A stretch of DNA of 64,000 bases from Candidatus Hadarchaeota archaeon (GTDB lineage: Archaea > Hadarchaeota > Hadarchaeia > Hadarchaeales > Hadarchaeaceae): assembly GCA_040755315.1 (NCBI GenBank), contig JBFMBF010000002.1, positions 13,361-77,360 on the forward strand, written 5' to 3'. The position numbers and the translations under genes are program-made. The notes below the pieces were generated by a model. The model was not told the origin of the DNA and ran no database searches. It was given only the letters and a program-made list of their open reading frames with translations. This document shows positions 8,436 through 17,254 of the stretch, piece by piece. The number at the start of each line of letters is the position of its first letter. The first letter of the stretch is position 1.

Positions 8436-9343
8436 TGGTGAGCAAAGTGGAAGTTGCACCTTGGAAGCAAGAGGTTGTGGGTGAACTTGGCAGGTTGGCG
8501 CAGGAGTATCCTGTGATTGGGTTGGTGGACATCTCCGAGCTGCCGGCCAAGCAGTTCCAGCAAATCAGGCGAAAGCTCAGAGGCCAAGCAGTCATAATTG
8601 TTTCTAAAAACACGCTTTTGACGCGGGCGCTGGATAAGGCGGCAGAAAAAGACGCAAAGTTTAAGGAGCTGGCGGGCATGATCGGAGGACAGTCCGGACT
8701 GATTTTTTCAAAGATGAATCCTTTCAAGCTGAACAAGTTTCTGCGGGACAGCAGGGTGAACGCCCCCGCCAAGCCCGGGTCAAAATCCCAGAAAGATGTA
8801 ATCATACCTGCGGGGGACACAGATTTGGCACCAGGCCCCGCGGTGGGCGAGTTGCAGAAACTCGGCATAAAAGCCCGCATCCAGGCGGGGAAGGTGGTCA
8901 TCCTTGAGGACTTCCACATACTGAAGGTCGGCGATGTTGTGACAAAAGAAATCTCCGACGCGATCGCGAAGTTTGGGATAATGCCGTTGGAGCTTGGGAT
9001 TAGGCTGAAAGCAGCTTTTGAAGGGGGGACCATCTTTGTCGGGAGCGTCCTGGATGTAGACGAGAAAGTCGTCATATCACAACTTCTGGAATCGAGGGCA
9101 TTTGCCTTCAGCCTAGCCATGAACGCAAGTTACCCCGCGAGGGAGACAATCAGCATTTTGCTTGTGAAGTCGAAGACCTCGGCCATGAACCTAGCTTTGA
9201 ACTCCTCGCTTACGGTTGGCCCGGTCATGCCCGTCCTGCTGGTCAAGGCCAAAGGGCAGATGCTGGCCCTTGCAGCGGTCATAGGCGCGAAGAACCCTAG
9301 CGCGCTCGATGATGAGCTAAAAGCAATGGTTGTTCCTTCCTGA
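8432..9343 (+). CDS. rpl10: 50S ribosomal stalk protein uL10 (P0)
   Basis: 303 aa. 'PWKQEVVGELGRLAQEYPVIGLVDISELPAKQFQQIRRKLRG' is typical of archaeal P0. The ATGA overlaps uL1. The C-terminus lacks the usual acidic/GLGALF tail. Confidence 0.85.
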   Translation: MMVSKVEVAPWKQEVVGELGRLAQEYPVIGLVDISELPAKQFQQIRRKLRGQAVIIVSKNTLLTRALDKAAEKDAKFKELAGMIGGQSGLIFSKMNPFKLNKFLRDSRVNAPAKPGSKSQKDVIIPAGDTDLAPGPAVGELQKLGIKARIQAGKVVILEDFHILKVGDVVTKEISDAIAKFGIMPLELGIRLKAAFEGGTIFVGSVLDVDEKVVISQLLESRAFAFSLAMNASYPARETISILLVKSKTSAMNLALNSSLTVGPVMPVLLVKAKGQMLALAAVIGAKNPSALDDELKAMVVPS

Positions 9344-9387
9344 AATCGGAAAAATTCAAGATTTTTGGGATAAATTTAAAAGCTAAA

Positions 9388-9783
9388 ATGATAGTTTATA
9401 GCGGAGGTGCCAAATTGCCAAGAGGAAAAGAAGCTGCAGCGTCTACAATGAAGTTGATCGGCCCGATAGCCTTCTACGTAGGTTTATTGATTTCATTGGT
9501 TGCGATGTTTATAACTCCTTCAGGGTGGCTTTATGTTGGGCTAGCAGTTCTCGGGATAATTGCTGGCTTGGCCAACGTGACAGCCAAAGAAACGGGCCCA
9601 TACCTGTTCGCGTCGATAGCATTCATTATTACGGCCCTGGGTATGACCTCTTTGATAACACTCAATGGGGTTGTTATCCCAGCTGAGCTGATAAGGTTGG
9701 CCGCGAACATCACTGTATTCGTGGGCGCTGGAGCAGTCTTGATTGCTTTGAAAGCAATATACGGAATAGCCAAGAGTGGTTAA
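9388..9783 (+). CDS. Small multi-pass membrane protein (hypothetical)
   Basis: 131-aa ORF with 3-4 hydrophobic segments. The likely start is TTG 9415 after GGAGGTG (9403..9409), or ATG 9448. Confidence 0.5.
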   Translation: MIVYSGGAKLPRGKEAAASTMKLIGPIAFYVGLLISLVAMFITPSGWLYVGLAVLGIIAGLANVTAKETGPYLFASIAFIITALGMTSLITLNGVVIPAELIRLAANITVFVGAGAVLIALKAIYGIAKSG

Positions 9784-9786
9784 GAA

Positions 9787-9820
9787 CAGGGGCGCCCCTG
9801 GCTCTTTTTTTTAATTTTTT
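9787..9820 (+). terminator. GC palindrome followed by oligo-T tract
   Basis: The perfect palindrome CAGGGGC/GCCCCTG (9787..9800) is followed by T8 (9805..9812) and T6 (9815..9820). It starts 4 nt after the stop at 9781..9783. Confidence 0.5.
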
Positions 9821-9855
9821 AACTTCGGGCAGTGGAAAACAGTTTATCTGTAACG

Positions 9856-11463
9856 CTAAGAGGTCGCGCGTGAAGCCGGCCGCTGGAAGCTCCGCTTCCC
9901 CAGAAGGCCCAAAAACCTCATCACGGGCCTTACAGTTTTTTGGCCGTGTTTCCAACGGAGGTATAGCCAGTAGGCAAAAAATCCGGCAGTTTTAACAATC
10001 CTTTCGCTCTCCTTTTTCCATATTTCGATATTCCGCTCCCAGCCGGTGGATATTACATCCCACTGGAGCTCCGACAAGTGATCAAGCCCAACTGATCTCG
10101 CCTCCTCCCAGAACGTGCCTTTTATCGGTATGAACAGAACAGGCACGTAAAGCAGCTTCTTGTCTTTTATCTTGTCGAATAGCTCCAGAGTCGCCAGAAC
10201 ATCTTCCTCCGTCTCGTCTGGAGATCCAACAAGGAACGTGCAGAGGGGGTACCAGGAGTTGTCGTTCAGTATCCCCAGCCCGGTGTCCACTATTTCGTGC
10301 CATTTGTCCACGCTGAAGGGCAGCGCCTTTCCTTTCATCCCTTTTTTCATCAACCTGACGCTCCCCGTCTCAACACCGATCTCCACGGCCACGTACGGTT
10401 TACCGTTAAAGCGTCGGTGTGTTTTTTCAAGGAGAATGGGGCTGAGTTCCTCGACCATCTTTGGGTCCGCCACCACCGGAGCCATGGCTGCGTGGGAAAT
10501 GTGTATGTCTTCAACTCCGGGGCACGATGCTATTTTTGAGAAAAGTTCAACGATTTTCTTTCTGTTTGGGACAAAGTTGGGCCCGACTTCGTACAGGAAA
10601 ATGTCATCCGAGATGATGAAAATTGACTTCGTGCCGCCGTCCGCGTTTGTTTTCACTTCCTTCATTATGAAGTCCATGGGTAGGGAACATCTCTTCCTTG
10701 TGGTCGGATAGCAGAACTGGCACCCCCTGCCGCATCCGCGGGTTATCTCCACACAACCATAGCTTGAGGGCCTGATTATTGGCGGGGTGTCGTCTTTCTC
10801 CGGATCCACCTGGCCCATCAATACTTCGCTGCCGATTTTTTCGCCCTCCAAAATATTCCTGACTACTTTTGCCAAGTCGCGCTCCGCGTCGCCGTGGGCC
10901 AGGATGTCTATGTCCAAGGCCCCCTGCATTTTCATGTCCTTTATCTGCCAGGCGCCAGGGCCGCCAACCATGAGTTTGGTTTTTTTCTTATCTCGTCCGC
11001 GGATGACTGGGTGATCCAGAAGTTGCTTGAAATAAAAATAATTTACCGAGCCGCCGCCGAAGCCGAGAATCGCATTGTAGGTCCTGCTGACATAGGCCAT
11101 CCCCATCGGGTCGTGGCTTGAGACACCTATCACTTTCGTGTTTTCCCCCACGAACCGGTTCAATGTCTGTGGGTGTGCCACAACGACGTTTTCCTCTCCA
11201 AATTCTCTTGCCAAGAGCGCCTCGACCCTGCGCAGGCCATAAGAAGCAAATGCTGGCCGCCCATCCTCGTCAAGCTGGGGCTCGAAGTATTTGGTCAATA
11301 ACCTGTGCACGATTTTATGCGGGAAGGTGCAGAGAAAGGCCATGAATGGGTCGTTGCCGAAGTTGCTCATGGTCGGAAGGTCGGAGGTCAGAACTATCTT
11401 GTACCCATCTTTGGAGCCTTTGTCCGCCACGGCTTTCGTGGGCTTCTTACCAGAGGATTTCAC
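9856..11463 (-). CDS. Radical SAM enzyme with a B12-binding-like N-terminal domain (subfamily unassigned)
   Basis: 535 aa. The CxxxCxxC cluster motif lies in 'ITRGCGRGCQFCYP'. The N-terminal Rossmann-like region is 'VIGVSSHDPMGMAY'. Confidence 0.8.
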   Translation of the reverse strand: MKSSGKKPTKAVADKGSKDGYKIVLTSDLPTMSNFGNDPFMAFLCTFPHKIVHRLLTKYFEPQLDEDGRPAFASYGLRRVEALLAREFGEENVVVAHPQTLNRFVGENTKVIGVSSHDPMGMAYVSRTYNAILGFGGGSVNYFYFKQLLDHPVIRGRDKKKTKLMVGGPGAWQIKDMKMQGALDIDILAHGDAERDLAKVVRNILEGEKIGSEVLMGQVDPEKDDTPPIIRPSSYGCVEITRGCGRGCQFCYPTTRKRCSLPMDFIMKEVKTNADGGTKSIFIISDDIFLYEVGPNFVPNRKKIVELFSKIASCPGVEDIHISHAAMAPVVADPKMVEELSPILLEKTHRRFNGKPYVAVEIGVETGSVRLMKKGMKGKALPFSVDKWHEIVDTGLGILNDNSWYPLCTFLVGSPDETEEDVLATLELFDKIKDKKLLYVPVLFIPIKGTFWEEARSVGLDHLSELQWDVISTGWERNIEIWKKESERIVKTAGFFAYWLYLRWKHGQKTVRPVMRFLGLLGKRSFQRPASRATS

Positions 11464-11568
11464 AGCAGAAAGCGTATTATTACCTCCTGTTCACTTATAC
11501 TAATAATAAAAAATACATCTTAAATTGCTTTCTTGGGATTGGAATTTTGTCTAACAGCCGCAAAAGCC

Positions 11569-11576
11569 TTAAATAG
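11569..11576 (+). promoter_or_regulatory. TATA box (TTAAATAG) with purine-rich BRE-like AAAAG upstream
   Basis: 'CAAAAGCCTTAAATAG' is centred about 25 nt upstream of ATG 11597. This implies a leaderless or near-leaderless mRNA. Confidence 0.45.
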
Positions 11577-11596
11577 AATCTTTCAGTCCTATATCT

Positions 11597-12331
11597 ATGC
11601 GAGTGTTGATTTTAGGCGAACTTGAGGCATATGCGAGGTACCTGTTAGCAGTTACGAAAAACAGTGGGTTCGATTTCCTTCGTATTGCGCCAGAGAAACT
11701 CAGTGAAACTCCATCGAAGCTTGCGGAGCTGCAGAAATATGACGCAGTGGTAATAAGCGACGGACCTGCCCAGAACATCGGCAACAAAAAAATGGAGCTT
11801 TTGAAAGAGTACGTGGAAGGAGGCAAAGGTCTTGGGATGATCGGAGGGTGGTGGTCTTTCACGGGTTCCAACGGGAATTACCACGGCACACCAGTTGAGG
11901 AAATACTACCTGTGAAGTGTTCCCCCAAGGACGACCGCGTCAACGACCCCAACGGGTTCAAAATAATCAAGAAAAAAGACCACCCGATACTGAAGCGGCT
12001 GCCTTGGAACGACTCCCCGACAGTTTGTGGCTACAACGCGGTGACTGCAAAAGCTGGTGCAGAAGTCCTGCTGAGCATGAGAAGGATAGAGTCGGTAGGC
12101 AAGAACCATGTGGAAGAAGTAAAGCTGGCAAAGCAAGAAGCCCCACTGCTCGTCGTTGGAGAATACGGAGACGGAAGAACCCTCGCCTTTACCACAGACC
12201 TCTCGCCGCACTGGGTGGGGGGGATGGTTGACTGGGGCAAGGACAGAAAAGTGGTTGAAGGGGCAGAGTTGGGTAACCTGTACCTCCAGTTTGGCGGCCA
12301 AATCCTGAAGTGGCTCGCGGGAAAAGCCTGA
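11597..12331 (+). CDS. Class-I glutamine-amidotransferase-like fold protein (DUF1355-like)
   Basis: 244 aa. 'YDAVVISDGPAQNI ... LKEYVEGGKGLGMIGGWWSF' resembles the GATase1-like cytoplasmic protein family. The function is unknown. Confidence 0.55.
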   Translation: MRVLILGELEAYARYLLAVTKNSGFDFLRIAPEKLSETPSKLAELQKYDAVVISDGPAQNIGNKKMELLKEYVEGGKGLGMIGGWWSFTGSNGNYHGTPVEEILPVKCSPKDDRVNDPNGFKIIKKKDHPILKRLPWNDSPTVCGYNAVTAKAGAEVLLSMRRIESVGKNHVEEVKLAKQEAPLLVVGEYGDGRTLAFTTDLSPHWVGGMVDWGKDRKVVEGAELGNLYLQFGGQILKWLAGKA

Positions 12332-12369
12332 AGCATCGTCTAAGTTAGCGCCAATAGCAGGCGAAAGAC

Positions 12370-12378
12370 TTTAAATAG
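12370..12378 (+). promoter_or_regulatory. TATA box (TTTAAATAG)
   Basis: 'GCGAAAGACTTTAAATAG' shares its motif with the 11569 and 3103 boxes. It lies about 45 nt upstream of ATG 12420, which is preceded by GAGGAGGA. Confidence 0.45.
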
Positions 12379-12419
12379 TCGGGAGTAGGTAAAATGGCAA
12401 AAGTTGAGGAGGATGGGGA

Positions 12420-13349
12420 ATGACCGCAAACATAGTGGGCCTGGGCGTATGTTCGATAGACCAGTTTGCGCTGGTGGATGAGTTTTGCAAAGTAGACGAC
12501 AAAATCTGGATTAAGGAATTCGCGAGGATGCCGGGCGGAGTGGTGGCGAACTTTTGCGTCGGGGTGGCAAGGATGGGCGTGAAGTCTGGATTCATGGGGT
12601 CATCTGGAGACGACCCTAACGGCCACGAGATAATGCAGAACTTCAAGAAAGAAGGGATGGACACCGGCCACTTCTTCCTGAGAAAAAACACGAAAACAGC
12701 CGTCAATATAATTGTGGTTGATTCCCACGGGCAGCGCCAAATCCTTCAGGATCCCTACATGGAGAAGAACGTCCTGCTGCCCAAAGACATAATCCCCGAT
12801 TACGTTGCGAAGGCGGACATTTTCCATACGGATGCGGTGAACATAGATTCCGCCAGGAAGTGCATGAAGATAGCAAAAGAGGCGGGGAAGAGGGTGTCGT
12901 TTGACCTGGAAAGGCACGTCGCAGTTTTCGGCTTGAACAAGATAAAAGATTTAATCGAGATGACAGATATCCTTCTGCCTAACCGAAGGGGGGCGCTGGA
13001 GCTCACGAAAGAGACGGACTACAAAAAAGCGGCGAGGAAGCTGCTCGGCATGGGCCCGGAGATTGTGGTCATAACATTGGGGGACGAGGGCTGCTGGGTC
13101 GCGACGGAGGACAAGGAAGAACGCGTGAAGATATACGACCTCCAGCCTGTTGTGGACACTACTGGCGCAGGGGACTGCTTCAACTCAACTTTCGTCAGCT
13201 GCATTTACAAGGGGCTGGACCCGGTTGAGGCGGCGGATTTCGCGACGGCGTCCGCGGCCCTTTCAGTGATGAAGGTCGGCGCCCAGACTATGCCGAAGTG
13301 GAAAGAGGTTGAGAAACTTTTGGCTCACCCGCCAAAGAGAGGAGAATGA
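12420..13349 (+). CDS. PfkB-family carbohydrate/nucleoside kinase
   Basis: 309 aa. It has the ribokinase-fold signature 'DTTGAGDCFNSTFV' and an N-terminal 'GGVVANF' motif. Confidence 0.85.
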   Translation: MTANIVGLGVCSIDQFALVDEFCKVDDKIWIKEFARMPGGVVANFCVGVARMGVKSGFMGSSGDDPNGHEIMQNFKKEGMDTGHFFLRKNTKTAVNIIVVDSHGQRQILQDPYMEKNVLLPKDIIPDYVAKADIFHTDAVNIDSARKCMKIAKEAGKRVSFDLERHVAVFGLNKIKDLIEMTDILLPNRRGALELTKETDYKKAARKLLGMGPEIVVITLGDEGCWVATEDKEERVKIYDLQPVVDTTGAGDCFNSTFVSCIYKGLDPVEAADFATASAALSVMKVGAQTMPKWKEVEKLLAHPPKRGE

Positions 13350-13358
13350 GGTGAAAGA

Positions 13359-15260
13359 ATGGTTCACGGTTACAACGGGAAGATTCTTCGCGTGGATTTG
13401 ACGCACAACAAGGTGACGGTCGAAGAGAAAGACGAGACATTTTACAGGAGATATCTCGGCGGGAGGGCGCTCTCACTTTACTACTTGCTGAACGAGATGG
13501 AGGAAGGAGTTGACCCCCTCGGGCCTGACAACCTTCTGATATTTGCACCCAGCGTAATCACAGGGGCGCCTTTGCAGGGGTTGTCAAGGTTCTCCGTCGC
13601 CAGCAAGTCTCCTCTCACAGGGAGCTATGGCGAAGCAGAGGCTGGCGGTGACTGGGGGCCGTGGCTGAAGTTCTCCGGTTTTGATGCGGTGGTTGTGAAG
13701 GGAAAGGCGAAGAAGCCGGTCTACTTGTGGTTACACGATGGCAAGGCAGAGATTAGAGACGCGAGCAAGGCCTGGGGAAAGACAACGAAAGAGGCCGAAG
13801 AAATCATCCGCGAAGAGATTAAGGATAAAACCGCAAAGGTCGCGCAGATTGGCCCAGCTGGTGAAAAGCTCGTTCGTTTTGCGTGCATCATAAACAAGCT
13901 CAGGGACGTCAACGGCCGCGGAGGGCTGGGAGCAGTCATGGGGTCAAAGAATTTGAAAGCGATAGCCACAAGCGGGAAGCCGGGGACAAACGTGAAGGAC
14001 CCTGAGAAGGTGAAGACCCTTCTGAAATGGTTTGCTGACAATTATTTGAAGTGCGCGAGCGGCGACCCCGCGGGACTCCACAAACTTGGAACTGCCCAGT
14101 ATGTGTTGCAATGCCAGGGCGCGGGGATTCTTCCGACCAGAAACTTCCGCGACGGCGCATTTGAAGGTGCGGAGAAAATAAGCGGAGAGACGATTAAGGA
14201 GACGATTCACTCCGGTCAGACGGCGTGCTGGTCCTGCTCAATAGCGTGCAAGATGAATGTAAAGGTCGACGAGCCAAACATGAAGATAGACGAAGCGTAC
14301 GGCGCCCCGGAGTACGAGGCCATAGGTGCTTTGGGCTCTTGCTGCGGCGTCGATGACTTGAAGGCCGTGTGCAAGGCAAACGAAATATGCAACGCTTACG
14401 GGATGGACGCAATTTCAACCGGGGTTTCGGTAGCTTTTGCCATGGAGTGCTTCGAGAACGGCCTGCTGACGAAGAAAGACACGGGCGGGATTGACCTGAA
14501 GTTTGGAAACGCCGAGGGCATGCTGAAGATGGTGCAGACGATAGCCGACCGCGAGGGCTTGGGTGACATCCTCGCCGAGGGGGTCAAGCGGGCGGCCGAA
14601 AAGATCGGGAAGGGTGCAGAGAAGTATGCCATGCACGTCAAAGGGAAAGAACTTCCTATGCACGAGGGTCGCTTTAAGGCGGGCGTTGGGTTTGGCTATG
14701 GGGTTTCTCCACATGGTGCAGACCACGTCCAGATGGAGCACGACCCTTGTTTTGAAGGAGAGGGTTTCTTCCTCAACAATCTCAAGCCGATAGGAATTCT
14801 GGAACCAGTGAAGAGCATTGACCTGGGCCCGCGCAAGGTCAGGCTGTTCACTTATCTGCAGCACTGGTGGAGCCTTGGCAACAGCTTGGACATATGCCTG
14901 TTCACCACGGCGCCGGCGAGAGTTTGGTCGATACCGCAGGTCGTGGAGATTGTGAATGCAATCACAGGCTGGGACACCACAGCCTGGGAGCTGATGAAGG
15001 TCGGGGAGAGGGGGACCACGATGGCCAGGGCTTTCAATGTCAGGGAGGGGTTAACGAAGGACGACGACTGGGTGCCTGAGAGACTCTTCCAGCCTATCGA
15101 GAACGGGCCGCAGAAGGGGCTGAAGTTCTCGAAGGAGGTCTTCAAGCAGGCGGTCGCCGACTACTACCAGATGATGGGATGGGACGAGGATGGGGCGCCT
15201 ACCCGGGGGAAGCTTGAGGAGCTGGATGTAGGGTGGGTCGCCGAGAAGCTGAAGAAGTAA
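13359..15260 (+). CDS. aor: Tungsten-dependent aldehyde:ferredoxin oxidoreductase family protein
   Basis: 633 aa. 'GKILRVDLTHNKVTVEE ... RRYLGGRALSLYYLL' is a typical AOR N-terminal domain, and AOR C-terminal domain motifs are present. Confidence 0.9.
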   Translation: MVHGYNGKILRVDLTHNKVTVEEKDETFYRRYLGGRALSLYYLLNEMEEGVDPLGPDNLLIFAPSVITGAPLQGLSRFSVASKSPLTGSYGEAEAGGDWGPWLKFSGFDAVVVKGKAKKPVYLWLHDGKAEIRDASKAWGKTTKEAEEIIREEIKDKTAKVAQIGPAGEKLVRFACIINKLRDVNGRGGLGAVMGSKNLKAIATSGKPGTNVKDPEKVKTLLKWFADNYLKCASGDPAGLHKLGTAQYVLQCQGAGILPTRNFRDGAFEGAEKISGETIKETIHSGQTACWSCSIACKMNVKVDEPNMKIDEAYGAPEYEAIGALGSCCGVDDLKAVCKANEICNAYGMDAISTGVSVAFAMECFENGLLTKKDTGGIDLKFGNAEGMLKMVQTIADREGLGDILAEGVKRAAEKIGKGAEKYAMHVKGKELPMHEGRFKAGVGFGYGVSPHGADHVQMEHDPCFEGEGFFLNNLKPIGILEPVKSIDLGPRKVRLFTYLQHWWSLGNSLDICLFTTAPARVWSIPQVVEIVNAITGWDTTAWELMKVGERGTTMARAFNVREGLTKDDDWVPERLFQPIENGPQKGLKFSKEVFKQAVADYYQMMGWDEDGAPTRGKLEELDVGWVAEKLKK

Positions 15261-15338
15261 ATTTTCAGAACCACTGCTCATTTTAAATCTGTCCCTGCTA
15301 TTTTCACATTGCCAGAAGCCACGATGTTTCCTTAATTT

Positions 15339-15794
15339 TTAGCGTTTGCGGAACTCGTCCATGAGCCTGAGCATGTTCGTTCGTCCATGCCGTGCCCTAG
15401 TTATTGCGTGCTTTTTTTCAAGGTTGATCACCAGCTGGCTGAGCTTCGACTTCGAGAAATCCTCGCGAAGCTTTCTCCAGAGGTCATCCTGCCTTGTTTC
15501 CCCTCCCAGCTCCATCACCTTCTGCAGCACCTTCCGCTCCTCGTCGCTCAGCGTCATCATCGCGACCTTCACGGCGCGCTCCGAGGCGTAGCTTCTGAAA
15601 GCCAAGTAAAACACCAGCGTTGCCCCAACCGAAATCAAGATTATAACCGCCAAGGCCACCGCAATCGTCGTGAAACCAACGCTGGGGGCGATTCCGAATA
15701 CTCCGAACAACGCCACCCCCACCGCGACCGAAATTACAAGTGATATGAGGGTGGTGAGCAGCAATTCTGTCGCGTTCGTCCGCATGGATGTCAT
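15339..15794 (-). CDS. Membrane-tethered winged-helix protein (COG2512-like)
   Basis: It has two TM helices followed by 'LSDEERKVLQKVMELGGETRQDDLWRKL ... SKLSQLVINLEKKHAITRARHGRTNMLRL', a wHTH. Start ATG 15794 is preferred over 15860, which removes the overlap with the upstream ORF. Confidence 0.6.
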   Translation of the reverse strand: MTSMRTNATELLLTTLISLVISVAVGVALFGVFGIAPSVGFTTIAVALAVIILISVGATLVFYLAFRSYASERAVKVAMMTLSDEERKVLQKVMELGGETRQDDLWRKLREDFSKSKLSQLVINLEKKHAITRARHGRTNMLRLMDEFRKR

Positions 15795-15822
15795 TCCCTT
15801 ATCCGGTGGATCGGATTTAGCT

Positions 15823-16185
15823 TTACCCTTTTCGACGAAATCTCTTCGCACGCATACCATTCAGGTACTCAATTTGTTGTTTTGGATTCAGCGGCAGAGG
15901 TGATTTGAGGATCGATTTAACTATTGCTGTTTCTATGGCGGATTTTGAGCTCCTGCTTTTAGACACGACGTAGAACAACAGCGCGGCTCCGGCCGAGGTC
16001 AGGGTCATCGCCACCACGGCCATGGCCACCGCCACCGGCTCCAAGTTCGGAGCGGCCCCCACCACACCGAAAAGAACCGCCCCGATGGATATCGATATCA
16101 GGGCCGCAATGCCTATTGTCTCCAGCACTTCGACTAGGTCGACTAGCATCGCCGTTCCTCTGAGCTGTAGGAGGATTTCAACCAC
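15823..16185 (-). CDS. Two-TM membrane protein, paralogous to the TM module of the downstream wHTH protein
   Basis: 'LISISIGAVLFGVVGAAPNLEPVAVAMAVVAMTLTSAGAALLFYVVSKS' aligns with 'LISLVISVAVGVALFGVFGIAPSVGFTTIAVALAVIILISVGATLVFYLAFRS' of ORF 15339..15794. No wHTH is present. Confidence 0.45.
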   Translation of the reverse strand: MVEILLQLRGTAMLVDLVEVLETIGIAALISISIGAVLFGVVGAAPNLEPVAVAMAVVAMTLTSAGAALLFYVVSKSRSSKSAIETAIVKSILKSPLPLNPKQQIEYLNGMRAKRFRRKG

Positions 16186-17254
16186 TTCGCCTGATAACGA
16201 TGTACTTGGTTGCGACTATGCTTAGAAGCGCTGCGAAGATTGCTGCAACAAGCACTGTGAACCAAGGCATCACTTGCGCCAAGCCAGCTCCCGTCGAGCC
16301 GAGGACACCGATCTTGGGGTCGTGGACTATAGACGTTCCGCGCTCGTAAATCAGGTAGATGTCTCTGTCACCTTCTTCCGCGTCTCCCGAGATGTTGGTG
16401 GATTTTACTAGCCTTGAAACACCGTCAACTAGGGCCGTGTCCTTCCAGGAGAAGAACCCACTGTAGTCTCCGAGTTTCACCTTGACTTCATCTTCGTCCT
16501 CTCCCTCAACGTCGCGCTTCTCCTCTTCGACCTCGAACTCGCTGTCGAGCTCCGTCTTCAGGGCCAGCTTGCTGTCGCTGCGGGTGTATGGGTAGTTGTT
16601 TATCTCTATGTCTATTTTGATCTCGTTTGGTTTCACGTTATCGCCGCCGACGATTATCGAGGTCCCGCTCGCGTACACGGTGACCTTGAACACATTGTCT
16701 GCGGTCCGAGCTACGATTTTATGGACGGTAGTCGTGCCGACGTTTTCAGTTGTGCGCTGAATAGGTGAGAACGTGGTATTTTTGAGGTCGTAAGTGTAAA
16801 CCTCTTCACCCTTGTCGTAGAGTCCGTCACCGTCGTTGTCCACAAATTCAACAATCTCCTCGAATTTCACCTCGAACTCTAGCTCTGCCTTAAGGTTCGC
16901 ATTCTCTGTGGTCGCCTGCAGATCATCGTACTCAAGTTTGAATTTAACGCCCTCGTCGATCCTCATCCTGATTGTATGCTGTTCACTATACTCTCCTGCT
17001 CGTGTCTCGTCCGGGTTTCGGGCTTCTATCTCCACCTCGTTCTCGCTTCCCCTGATTTCGGCCGTTCGCTCCTCTTCCCCATGCTCGTCCGTTCCACCTG
17101 TTTTGCCTGCTGGCACGGTTATCTCCGACTGCTCGTTCTTTGAATCTCCGCCTTCGTCTGCCGTCACCACGGACGCCAGCGGGGGGGTCATGATGCTCAG
17201 CACGAGCAGCGCCGTCAACGCCGTCGCCGCACCCTTTTGTCCAAGTTCGCGCAT
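16178..17254 (-). CDS. Secreted acidic surface protein with C-terminal TM anchor
   Basis: 358 aa. It has a signal-like N-terminus (AATALTALLVLSIMTPPLASVVTADE), an Asp/Glu-rich body with a 'DNDGDGLYD' Ca-loop-like motif, and a C-terminal helix plus basic tail (VLVAAIFAALLSIVATKYIVIRRSG). Confidence 0.6.
   Translation of the reverse strand: MRELGQKGAATALTALLVLSIMTPPLASVVTADEGGDSKNEQSEITVPAGKTGGTDEHGEEERTAEIRGSENEVEIEARNPDETRAGEYSEQHTIRMRIDEGVKFKLEYDDLQATTENANLKAELEFEVKFEEIVEFVDNDGDGLYDKGEEVYTYDLKNTTFSPIQRTTENVGTTTVHKIVARTADNVFKVTVYASGTSIIVGGDNVKPNEIKIDIEINNYPYTRSDSKLALKTELDSEFEVEEEKRDVEGEDEDEVKVKLGDYSGFFSWKDTALVDGVSRLVKSTNISGDAEEGDRDIYLIYERGTSIVHDPKIGVLGSTGAGLAQVMPWFTVLVAAIFAALLSIVATKYIVIRRSG

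Noticed and set aside
9856-11463. I considered that the B12-like radical SAM enzyme could be a tetraether lipid synthase (Tes/GDGT-MAS) homologue, given archaeal lipid genes such as egsA in the window.
   Set aside because: I cannot discriminate radical SAM subfamilies by eye. There is no lipid-gene context adjacent, and egsA is 7 kb away in an unrelated operon. An HMM or phylogeny against characterised Tes sequences would be needed.
16178-16290. I considered archaeosortase-type (PGF-CTERM/PEF-CTERM) sorting signals at the C-termini of the three anchored surface proteins (16178.., 32151.., 53797..).
   Set aside because: All have a TM helix plus basic residues, but none shows a PGF/PEF tripeptide at the helix start. 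The giant protein also has a 34-aa tail after the helix, which is atypical for sortase signals.
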